The notes beneath the pieces were generated by a model that saw only the letters and a list, made by a program, of their open reading frames with translations, was not told the origin of the DNA and did no database searches. This document shows positions 26,816 through 34,619 of a stretch of 34,619 bases of DNA, in pieces. Source of the stretch: an uncultured Candidatus Saccharibacteria bacterium (GTDB taxonomy: Bacteria; Patescibacteriota; Saccharimonadia; Saccharimonadales; Saccharimonadaceae). The position numbers were made by a program, and so were the translations under genes. The first letter of the stretch is position 1. The number at the start of each line of letters is the position of its first letter. The stretch spans positions 1-34,619 of the forward strand of contig CAOZKB010000001.1 of NCBI GenBank assembly GCA_948571325.1. The letters run 5' to 3'.

Positions 26816-28648
26816 CTATTTTGACGCGTAGCCCGCAGCAACTTTGCGTCCTTCAAGCGAACCAAAGACTGGTTGCTCGACGAGCATCACGTCTTGGTTG
26901 ATGTTGCCATCAAACCAGTTGCGTACCGTGGTGTCTGGGCCACCAAGCGTATAACCTTGGTCAACATAAGCAATTACATCAAGTCCAGCAGCTTCCATAT
27001 CTTCGGCTGGGAACTCAATGATATCTTCCACTCCAAAGAGTTCTTTGAAGTCTGTACCGATTGGGTAAAGCCGTGCGCCAGCGTCATTTTTGGCCAAGAG
27101 GAAGTCCTGCAGCATTCCTTTAGCGATAACAAGCACTGGTTTACGGCCACTCTCAGTATTAACTTCACCCAAAGTCTTCACGATCTTAGCGTAATTATCG
27201 TCCGTTGAGACGTTAGGAATTAAGGTGGCTACTGCTGAAGCAAAGCTTCCAGCTGTACCAGAGTTCAAGATATCGTCTGCCATTGGGTAAAGACCATTCA
27301 CGCCATCAAAGTCGCGATAGTCTGGCTGACCAGTAGTTGGTTCTTCACGACCGTCACCGAGAATAGAGCCACGTACAATTTCTGAAAGTACACGATCATA
27401 AAGCTCGCGAGTACGGAAGACATAGAGTTCGCCACTATCATCATTGACGATGTCAATCCAGTCGAGTGGGAGTTTCTTGTAGATAACTTTCAGACCACCA
27501 TTGCGAGGGATAGCGACGACGTCCTGATCAACTTTCTTCTCGCCTTTTTTGTGACCTTGCGCACGAGACTCGGTAGTCATCGCATAGAACTTGAAAGCTT
27601 TTGCACGAGTACGACGGAAAGTTGCCAAAGCACCAATTGCATCGTGCCAGGCTTTGAATATTACTTGCTCGACGGCAGTTGGATAAAATCCGTCCTGTCC
27701 AGTGACGGTTACGCCTTTGGTTGCTAGATGTTCCTTCCAGGCTTCCTGTGTAGTAGCAGCGTCACCATTACATTTCTTAGCTAACTTAGCAAAGTCAAGC
27801 ACTGCGCTCTTTGATTTAAGATAATCATTAGTAGACTTAGCTGAAGTTTCCGCTTGAGACGGAACTTTCACTTGTTTAGCTGCCACGCTATTGTGGTCAG
27901 GTAAATCATTCATTTCTTTCTCCTTTTCATTGTCAGATGGATTATTATTTTCTTCGGAGGTCTCCTCCTCAATTGGTTTTTCTTCTTGGTTTTGTTTTTG
28001 CCCCTCAGAACTTGTACCATCCGCATTTTCTGCGGTATCAGTATCTGATTCCGGAGCTTTAGCTGGCTGTTGCTCGTCTGGAGCGTCCGCCGTGACGGTC
28101 GACTTATCGTCTTCCATATCTTCTCCTTTTAGTGCCTTAATTTCTAAAACTTGAGCATCTTTATTACTGCCCCTCGTCACTACCGATACCTCGATGATTT
28201 CCCCGCCAGTGTCAATATTTTTGGCGATATCATGTTGGTAATCACGGTATTGAATTGAGAAGGCATTATCGAGGTGTCCTTCCTCGATTAACTTAAAGAT
28301 ATCCTGTGCATATTCACGCGAAGAAATCCCCGCCTCAAATATCAGTTGTCCGTCCTGAAAGAACGCTCTGCGTACCGAGCCAATCGCTTTACTCACATCC
28401 CACAAATCGTGATTTGTCAGTAAGGGAATATCCACGTTATCGGCGCCGGTAATCGGTAGTTCATTTACTACAATATGCCCGCCGCCCTTGAGCGGTAGCC
28501 GAAAGCTATCAATCTGCACCACTTCATAATCACGATCCTCGTTGGCCGTTGAGGCTACAAACGTTACTCTCCGTTCATTCCTACCTTCGTACTCAGCTTC
28601 AGAAATCTTGGCTTTAGTTAGAGAAAGAGATTTAATTTTCTCTTTCAT
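26816..28648 (-). CDS. Fused prohead protease - scaffold - major capsid protein (HK97-like)
   Basis: N-terminal ASTANEDRD, LLTNHD, AFSI, EVSVV (HK97-type protease); acidic linker; capsid-like C-terminus with ILGDG. Confidence 0.85.
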   Translation of the reverse strand: MKEKIKSLSLTKAKISEAEYEGRNERRVTFVASTANEDRDYEVVQIDSFRLPLKGGGHIVVNELPITGADNVDIPLLTNHDLWDVSKAIGSVRRAFFQDGQLIFEAGISSREYAQDIFKLIEEGHLDNAFSIQYRDYQHDIAKNIDTGGEIIEVSVVTRGSNKDAQVLEIKALKGEDMEDDKSTVTADAPDEQQPAKAPESDTDTAENADGTSSEGQKQNQEEKPIEEETSEENNNPSDNEKEKEMNDLPDHNSVAAKQVKVPSQAETSAKSTNDYLKSKSAVLDFAKLAKKCNGDAATTQEAWKEHLATKGVTVTGQDGFYPTAVEQVIFKAWHDAIGALATFRRTRAKAFKFYAMTTESRAQGHKKGEKKVDQDVVAIPRNGGLKVIYKKLPLDWIDIVNDDSGELYVFRTRELYDRVLSEIVRGSILGDGREEPTTGQPDYRDFDGVNGLYPMADDILNSGTAGSFASAVATLIPNVSTDDNYAKIVKTLGEVNTESGRKPVLVIAKGMLQDFLLAKNDAGARLYPIGTDFKELFGVEDIIEFPAEDMEAAGLDVIAYVDQGYTLGGPDTTVRNWFDGNINQDVMLVEQPVFGSLEGRKVAAGYASK

Positions 28649-28703
28649 TTGTTAATCCTTTCTAGCCGTCCCACTGGACCTTGGCTAGCCCGGATTATGA
28701 TAT

Positions 28704-28714
28704 CAACTCGAAGC
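28704..28714 (-). promoter_or_regulatory. Putative phage late-promoter motif GCTTCGAGTTG (copy 3)
   Basis: Followed by N4-CATAAT, upstream of the capsid operon. Confidence 0.65.
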
Positions 28715-28847
28715 AGTCGGCAACTTCGCACCAAAAAACATCAAAAAAGTCAGTAAAAACTATTGATTTATCTCATTCAGTGCGATATAATAGAGACAGT
28801 AGAAACGTACTTTAAGAATTATCACTGGCGGAGAGAGGAAAAAGAAT

Positions 28848-28925
28848 ATGTCAAAAAGTTCAACCAAACCAAAAAAGTTCGAACAGCTGACACTATTCGA
28901 ACTCAACAAATACCTAGTTAAATAA
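28848..28925 (+). CDS. 25-aa peptide MSKSSTKPKKFEQLTLFELNKYLVK
   Basis: Upstream TATAAT and GAGAGG RBS; below the ORF-track length cut-off. Confidence 0.45.
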   Translation: MSKSSTKPKKFEQLTLFELNKYLVK

Positions 28926-28997
28926 TAACAAAGTATAACAGTTAAGTAAAGGTCGATTTCCACTTTTCTACTTCCTACCGCCAGAGGAGGATTATCT

Positions 28998-29219
28998 ATG
29001 CAAACTTCCACTACGTCTGAAATTATTAAGCTAGAAATGCCTATCACCGAATGGCAAGAGATTTGCCGGAAGGTTGAGGCCTACGATAAAATCTGTGCCA
29101 AGCGTTCCGCTGAGGCTAAAGCTCGAAATGCTCGTATGACGCCAGAACAACGCAGCGCCAACGCCAAAAAAGCCGTTGAAGCTAGGATGAAAAAGTACGG
29201 ACAGAAATCACGTAAGTAA
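28998..29219 (+). CDS. Small basic protein with 'MTPEQRSANAKKAVEAR' motif
   Basis: GAGGAGG RBS; motif shared with 11395..11742. Confidence 0.7.
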   Translation: MQTSTTSEIIKLEMPITEWQEICRKVEAYDKICAKRSAEAKARNARMTPEQRSANAKKAVEARMKKYGQKSRK

Positions 29220-29221
29220 AC

Positions 29222-29827
29222 CTATCCCCTAATCCCAGCATATTCTGGCATCTTCCGTTCCAAATCATCCACGGCATACCTCACCGCATCCATCAAGTGG
29301 TCATTGCCGTCCTGTGGCACATCTAGAATCTCATCAGTCGACCGTTTCTTCCGCCAAGCATAAGTTAAGAATTCCCGCTCTAAGTTCTTGCCGATATATT
29401 TTATCTTCCGGTCTTTCACTCGGTCGATACCACGCTTCACCGATCCAGCATCTTTGTTGGCAGCAATAATCATGTAACCTGCTTCCGCTATCTCTGCGAT
29501 AATCTCTGGCCTCGCACTATCTGCCACGATCAGTACGCTTGGGTCGATATTGTGCGACTTCAAGATTTCTGGGTATTTTGACCCTAATATACCTTTTTGA
29601 TAAACTAATTCTTCAAGAAAAATCCCACCGTTCTCTAGCTCATACACGGCCACCAGTGCCGTCTCGTCGTTGCTAAACCCGAAGTCAAGTCCATATCGCA
29701 CTAACCGAGCATCTTCCGGTACTTCATCCACTCGCTCCCAGCCTTCATACACGTTACCTTCTAGTGAGCCTATCTCTCCTAATCCATACACTCGCCACCA
29801 GTTCGATGTACCGTCTCCACAGCGCAT
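29222..29827 (-). pseudogene. terL: Terminase large subunit (PBSX-like), nuclease domain only
   Basis: WWRVYGLGE, YGLDFGFSND, ADSARPE, DHLMDAVRY; ATPase domain absent. Confidence 0.85.
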
Positions 29828-30063
29828 TTTACTTTTGGCATTGTTTTTACCTCCATATGATTTTTAGGCCCACAAAAACCCAACCTATGGCCTTTACATC
29901 CAACGGATCTTTGTAGCTAATTGTTGTTTTGCTTGGAGGTGTCGCTTTTATTAGTAAATATAAGGTCGCATTTACTACTCATCCATTAGGTAAACTATGA
30001 GAAAACCCAAGACAATGTTTCTTGTTAGCATCAGACAACTACCATAAATGGTGTTTACTGTCG

Positions 30064-30214
30064 CCAAACAAAAAGCGACACCGCTGGTGTCAAATTTTTA
30101 TCCACAACTAGTCCCATCGTTAGATGTTGCCAATCGTTTCTGCGATGTCGCTTTTACTAATTGGCAAAAATCGACAAACAAAATCAACTAGCTGCACTGA
30201 TAAAAATTTGACAC
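30064..30214 (-). ncRNA. Putative structured leader/attenuator RNA
   Basis: 16-bp perfect inverted repeat 30087-30102/30199-30214 with G-U-rich inner stems on the minus strand; TGCTATAAT at 30219-30227. Confidence 0.55.
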
Positions 30215-30435
30215 TTCAATTATAGCACAAGAAAAATAAAAGTAAAAATCAAAATTCTCCTTCCATCTTCACCTTTTCGCCTTGAAGTTTTGCTCAATAA
30301 ATCTAGAAAGAACAGCCCAATTTTCTAAAACTCCGCTTACTGTGCTATAATAGAAACAGAATTTTATTATTTTATATTTTTGTTACCCCGTCGGTATCAG
30401 GAAAATATCGACAAAACAATTAGGAAAGGCATAAC

Positions 30436-31953
30436 GTGAACATATTATTAGTAATTATTGCCCTTGTGCTAGGCGTGGGTGCTGGCGCTGGCGGGCTTTT
30501 TGCTTACAATAAAAAGAATGAGAATGGCGGCAAGAATCGTGCCGAAGATCTTATTCGTAAAGCCAAAAATGAAGCATCTGATATTGTCCTCAAGGCCAAA
30601 AGTGACGCTGCTGATATGGCGGCTAAATCTCAGCAGGAAGAAGCTGAGCGCCGTCACGAGTGGAAAAAGACCGAAAGTCGCCTCAGTGAACGCGAGAATA
30701 ATCTCGACAATAAGCTCGATCAGCTCGAGCAAAAAACCGAGCGCCTCGCTAAGCAAGAAAAAGAACTTGATGATCTTAAAGTTGAGGTGCGTGAAATTCG
30801 CAACAAACAACAAGAAAAACTCGAAAAAATCGCTGGCCTTACCAAAGAAGCTGCCCGCGATAAACTGATGCAAATGACCGAGCGCGACATTAAACAAGAT
30901 CTTGCTGGCCTAGTTGCCAAAGAACAAAAAGAAATCAAGCACGAAGTTGACGAAACTGCCCAGGCCATTTTGCTCACTGCTATGGAGCGTATGTCCTCTG
31001 AAGTCACTGCTGACCGTACCGTCACGGCGTTAAAGTTACCAGATGACGATATGAAAGGCCGCATTATTGGTAAGGAAGGACGTAATATTCAGGCCCTTCA
31101 ACGTGCTACTGGTGTAGATATCATGGTTGACGATACTCCAGGTATGGTCGTCCTATCGAGTTTTGATCCGATTCGCCGCCAAGTTGCTCGTTATGCGCTT
31201 GAACGTTTGATGAAAGATGGTCGTATTAATCCCAGCTCTATTGAAGAGGCGGTGGCTCGTGCCGAGCGTGAGATTGAAAAAGAAGTTATTCGAGCCGGTG
31301 AAGATGCCGCACGCGAAGTTGGCGTGGTTGGTATTCCGCGCGAGCTGATTCACTTGTTAGGTGAGCTTAAATTCCGCACTAGTTACGGTCAAAATGTACT
31401 TTTGCACTCAGTAGAAATGGCACATATCGCTGGTATGATCGCCGAAGAAATTGGTGCTAATAAACGCGTCGCCAAAACCGCTACGCTACTACATGATATT
31501 GGTAAAGCCGTCACCCATAAAATCGAGGGGAAGCACGCCGAGATTGGTGCTGAACTGGCCAAGAAATACGGTATGCCAGATGATATAGTTCACGCCATGG
31601 CTGCCCACCATGATGATATTGAAGCCACCACGCCCGAAGCGATTATTGTTAAAATCGTCGATTCACTCAGCGCTGCTCGCCCTGGCGCACGCAACATTTC
31701 TGCTGAGAACTTTGCTGAACGTATGCGCGACCTCGAAAATATCGCCACTAGTTTTCCTGGCATCGACAAGGCTTATGCCATTTCTGCTGGTCGCGAAATT
31801 CGCGTCATTGTCGAACCAAAACAAATTGATGACCTCTCTGCCCTCAAGCTTGCTCGTGACATCGCCAACAAAATCGAGGCCACGATGTCTTACCCTGGTA
31901 TCATCAAAGTCAATGTTATCCGCGAAACTCGCGCTGTCGAATACGCCAAGTAA
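30436..31953 (+). CDS. rny: Ribonuclease Y
   Basis: N-terminal TM, coiled coil, KH (KGRIIGKEGRNI), HD (LLHDIGK), SAARPGAR. Confidence 0.96.
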   Translation: MNILLVIIALVLGVGAGAGGLFAYNKKNENGGKNRAEDLIRKAKNEASDIVLKAKSDAADMAAKSQQEEAERRHEWKKTESRLSERENNLDNKLDQLEQKTERLAKQEKELDDLKVEVREIRNKQQEKLEKIAGLTKEAARDKLMQMTERDIKQDLAGLVAKEQKEIKHEVDETAQAILLTAMERMSSEVTADRTVTALKLPDDDMKGRIIGKEGRNIQALQRATGVDIMVDDTPGMVVLSSFDPIRRQVARYALERLMKDGRINPSSIEEAVARAEREIEKEVIRAGEDAAREVGVVGIPRELIHLLGELKFRTSYGQNVLLHSVEMAHIAGMIAEEIGANKRVAKTATLLHDIGKAVTHKIEGKHAEIGAELAKKYGMPDDIVHAMAAHHDDIEATTPEAIIVKIVDSLSAARPGARNISAENFAERMRDLENIATSFPGIDKAYAISAGREIRVIVEPKQIDDLSALKLARDIANKIEATMSYPGIIKVNVIRETRAVEYAK

Positions 31954-31986
31954 TCCCCCAGACTCAAGTCACTTGTTCTAGACTGT

Positions 31987-32907
31987 TTACTTAACTTCTG
32001 GCGTTACGCTATTCTTACGTTTGAGCGACGATATAATGACTGTAAGTAGGATCACCAGCGGTACCCCCACGCAAATTGCAATCAACATCAAAGTTGGTGC
32101 TTTGCTTTCGGAACTACCGGTTAAAATTCCAAGCATATCTAGCGTAATCATTGTTGCCATCGCAACTCCCAGCAACCTCAAGCTTATTTCTAAATATTCC
32201 ACCACTCGCTCTTGAATCTCCGGCGCGCTATTTGCTGGCGGTGCATCATGTGTAGTTAGAGACTTTTGCGGCATTGGCATTTTCAGAATCCGGTAGCGCA
32301 ATTTCCAAAAGGTCAAGGCCAACGCTAGGAAAATCGCCCCCAGCCCCACAAATCTCTGTGCCACGGCAAAATAATTATTTACGTTAGCAATAAACTCTGT
32401 CATCCAACTAATTCCATCTGAATTTATTAACACTAATGCAAAAGTAAAAGTCTTATAAATCGCTACGAATCCCACATTAATCGCCACAATCCACAAAAAC
32501 ATCAATAATGCAAAATCAAACACTAGCGGCATCTGTTTATCTTCTGCCACATCAACTTTGGTCGACGGATTCTCCGACTTAGCTCGCTTAGGAACTTCAC
32601 TTTTCAAACTTGGCGCTTGCCCTGGTGCCGGTACTTGACCTACTGCTGGACCTTGATTTATTGCTGTAGGTCGTCCTGCTGCCGGACTTTGATTGACTAT
32701 AGAATTCTGCGCACTAAACCCCATTACCGGTGTAGCATCAGCGGCGGCTGCCTGCTTGGCGACTTGATATGCTGTAGGTTTCTGGCTCTTCATCACTTCG
32801 CGTCCCTGCGCTGCCAACTGCTCTACCGTTGTATTAGACGGTTCACCTCGTCGCAGCTCCGCCTGTTTTAACCATTCCTGCGACATATCCACTTTATTTT
32901 CACTCAT
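31987..32907 (-). CDS. Hypothetical membrane protein
   Basis: Low-complexity N-terminus; four hydrophobic segments. Confidence 0.7.
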   Translation of the reverse strand: MSENKVDMSQEWLKQAELRRGEPSNTTVEQLAAQGREVMKSQKPTAYQVAKQAAAADATPVMGFSAQNSIVNQSPAAGRPTAINQGPAVGQVPAPGQAPSLKSEVPKRAKSENPSTKVDVAEDKQMPLVFDFALLMFLWIVAINVGFVAIYKTFTFALVLINSDGISWMTEFIANVNNYFAVAQRFVGLGAIFLALALTFWKLRYRILKMPMPQKSLTTHDAPPANSAPEIQERVVEYLEISLRLLGVAMATMITLDMLGILTGSSESKAPTLMLIAICVGVPLVILLTVIISSLKRKNSVTPEVK

Positions 32908-33682
32908 ACTTATACAGCTCCGGCGCCTCCTTTAATTCTGCTAAGCTATCATATTTATCGTAATCATTAAAACGCAAATACCTCGAATCGCCGCTGTCTG
33001 TCAGTTGTATTAATTCATCGAAATCCATCGCTAATACTTCGATTTCTTCACCGGCATCTAACTTTTGTACACCGCGTTTAATCAATCCCGTCGCTACAAA
33101 GGTATAAACCAGCCAATCAATTTTAGCAAAAGGCTGATGCACACTAATCAATTTCCAATTCCGAAACTCCATCCCCGTCTCTTCTCGCATCTCGCGCTGC
33201 GCCGCCGCAAGCTCATCCTCGCGCGGGTCGTCGTTACGCCCGCCTGGATAATCATAAAACCAATCTTTCCGCGGCTGTCGCTGCTTCGTTATGACAATTT
33301 TCTCCTCAGATGTTGTAGAATTTACAACATTATTATCTTTATTTGTTGTAATTTCCACAACACTATTTCCATCATCTGTTGTATTTTTTACAACGGTATT
33401 TCCGTCACTGACACCCTGCGCCTCAATACCTGTCCCTTGCAGTTCCTCCGGCGTTAAAATAGCTATAATTTTCACCGTGTCCGCTCGCCTAAGCATCTCA
33501 AAAGTCTCCGTCGAACCATCAAACATCTCTTGTGGCCACTGATAAACATCAAAAATCACCCCGTGGAATTTCAACTCTGCTTGCTCCGGAATCGTCTTCG
33601 CAAAATCCGGCACAAACTTTCGTTTGCTTTTAACTACCCCCTTACTAGAAACCGGCGTATCTGCTTTTAAGATTTCTTTCAT
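32900..33682 (-). CDS. NUDIX hydrolase (ADP-ribose pyrophosphatase-like) with repeat insertion
   Basis: PGGRNDD...AAQREMREETG Nudix box; QKLDAGEEI. Confidence 0.9.
   Translation of the reverse strand: MKEILKADTPVSSKGVVKSKRKFVPDFAKTIPEQAELKFHGVIFDVYQWPQEMFDGSTETFEMLRRADTVKIIAILTPEELQGTGIEAQGVSDGNTVVKNTTDDGNSVVEITTNKDNNVVNSTTSEEKIVITKQRQPRKDWFYDYPGGRNDDPREDELAAAQREMREETGMEFRNWKLISVHQPFAKIDWLVYTFVATGLIKRGVQKLDAGEEIEVLAMDFDELIQLTDSGDSRYLRFNDYDKYDSLAELKEAPELYKYE
33311..33395. repeat. Three copies, 33 bp apart, of palindrome TGTTGTA-N5-TACAACA
   Basis: Copies at 33311, 33344 and 33377. Confidence 0.8.
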
Positions 33683-33699
33683 GCTATAATTATACCATG
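33680..33699. promoter_or_regulatory. Overlapping divergent extended -10 promoters
   Basis: CATGCTATAATTATACCATG gives TGnTATAAT-N6-ATG on both strands. Confidence 0.7.
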
Positions 33700-34470
33700 A
33701 TTATTTTCAGTGACTTTGATAATACTCTATACCGCCACGGCGATCCAGCTACTACGGCAGAGAATTTTCAGGCTGTGAAGAAATTTCGCCAAGCCGGTCA
33801 CAAATTTTGCCTTGCTACTGGCCGCAGCCTCTCCAGTATTGAGAACGCTTTTAGTACCGACAATCTTCCAAATTATCGCCAATGTTTTGACTATTTAGTT
33901 TTGGATAACGGAGCAATTTGTATGCGACCAAATGGGGGAGTAATTCTAGAGGAGCTGATTCCGCAAGCCACCGCTCAGAAAATTTACGCTTCTATCGTGC
34001 AAAAATATGACAAAAACCATGACTTTCAACTTGTTGCCTATTACGGTTCTTCCGAGCACCCCGAAATCGGTGCTTCGCTGACCAAAATGCGTCTTTGGAA
34101 TAGAAATAACGCTCTTGCCATTCAGATTACTGATGAGATTAATCAACGATTCGGCAATGAGGTCAAGGCTTTTGCCGCTTATGATGTAATTCCGACTCGT
34201 ATACCTTGGCTCGAAGACGGTGATTTTACTGCCTTTATTGATATTGCTCCCGTTAAGGCCGGCAAGGAAAATACCATCGCGCGTCTTGTTCAGCAATCCT
34301 TCCCGTCCGAGAAGGTCATCACCGTGGGTGATGACACGAACGATATTAGTATGATTAGACAATTTGATGGTTATGCAGTTGCGAATGCGGTCCCTCTTGT
34401 ATTAGAAAACACATCGACGGGACATATTGTAAATAATGTTGCTGCACTAATTGAATGGTTATTGAATTAG
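33697..34470 (+). CDS. Cof-type HAD hydrolase (IIB)
   Basis: FSDFDNTL, LATGRS, DNGA, GK, VGDDTND. Confidence 0.92.
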   Translation: MIIFSDFDNTLYRHGDPATTAENFQAVKKFRQAGHKFCLATGRSLSSIENAFSTDNLPNYRQCFDYLVLDNGAICMRPNGGVILEELIPQATAQKIYASIVQKYDKNHDFQLVAYYGSSEHPEIGASLTKMRLWNRNNALAIQITDEINQRFGNEVKAFAAYDVIPTRIPWLEDGDFTAFIDIAPVKAGKENTIARLVQQSFPSEKVITVGDDTNDISMIRQFDGYAVANAVPLVLENTSTGHIVNNVAALIEWLLN

Positions 34471-34490
34471 TAAGACATCATAGTCAGTAT

Positions 34491-34573
34491 TGTTGTTAAT
34501 TTTACAACAAGCCAGGCCAACAAAAATTCTTCCTGGATATAATATTTATAATAGTGTTGTAATTTTTACAACA
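34491..34573. repeat. Two more copies of TGTTGTA-N5-TACAACA (intergenic)
   Basis: 34491-34509 TGTTGTTAATTTTACAACA; 34555-34573 TGTTGTAATTTTTACAACA. Confidence 0.75.
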
Positions 34574-34619
34574 TTTATTTGGTTCTCCTGTTAAAATTCT
34601 GTTATAATTGAACTGTCAA

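Larger units (their letters stand above)
18916..30230 (-). mobile_element. Defective (internally deleted) siphovirus-like prophage; boundaries approximate
   Basis: Co-oriented terminase fragment, protease-capsid, head-tail genes, fibre, tail tube, chaperones and lysin; no portal or tape measure recognised. Confidence 0.85.

Noticed and set aside
11250-30430. attL/attR direct repeats or a tRNA integration site
   Set aside because: No convincing direct repeat pair or tRNA found by eye; prophage limits remain approximate.
33311-33395. Possible mini-CRISPR array
   Set aside because: Only 14 nt between 19-nt units, inside an ORF, and no cas genes in the window.

Overview
The window looks like chromosome of a gut-type Candidatus Saccharibacteria (TM7/CPR) bacterium; this is inferred from gene style, a FISUMP-like remnant and leaderless promoters, not from a database search. 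It appears to span a GC-skew inversion: the + strand is G-rich up to ~11.2 kb and C-rich after ~14.8 kb, suggesting the replication terminus. Left host block: membrane protein, TetR/MMPL pair, dual D,D-carboxypeptidase, alpha-CTD-like protein, der and a GT2. From 11.3 to 14.7 kb lies a small phage-like module with a XerC/D-type tyrosine recombinase and a DUF3800 gene with a structured upstream RNA. An ABC exporter follows. A deleted siphovirus-like prophage (~18.9-30.2 kb) keeps open protease-capsid, head-tail, collagen fibre, tail tube, chaperone and holin-CHAP lysin genes. It has no recognisable portal, tape measure or terminase ATPase domain. Right host block: rny, membrane protein, NUDIX and HAD. 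Non-obvious signals: a 167-bp palindromic element in-frame inside der; five copies of a 19-bp palindrome (three in-frame in NUDIX); a conserved late-promoter motif (GCTTCGAGTTG-N4-YAnnnT, x3); several promoter-proximal rod-like RNAs, one attenuator-like; an unannotated 25-aa QLTLF peptide; and a symmetric 20-bp bidirectional leaderless promoter.
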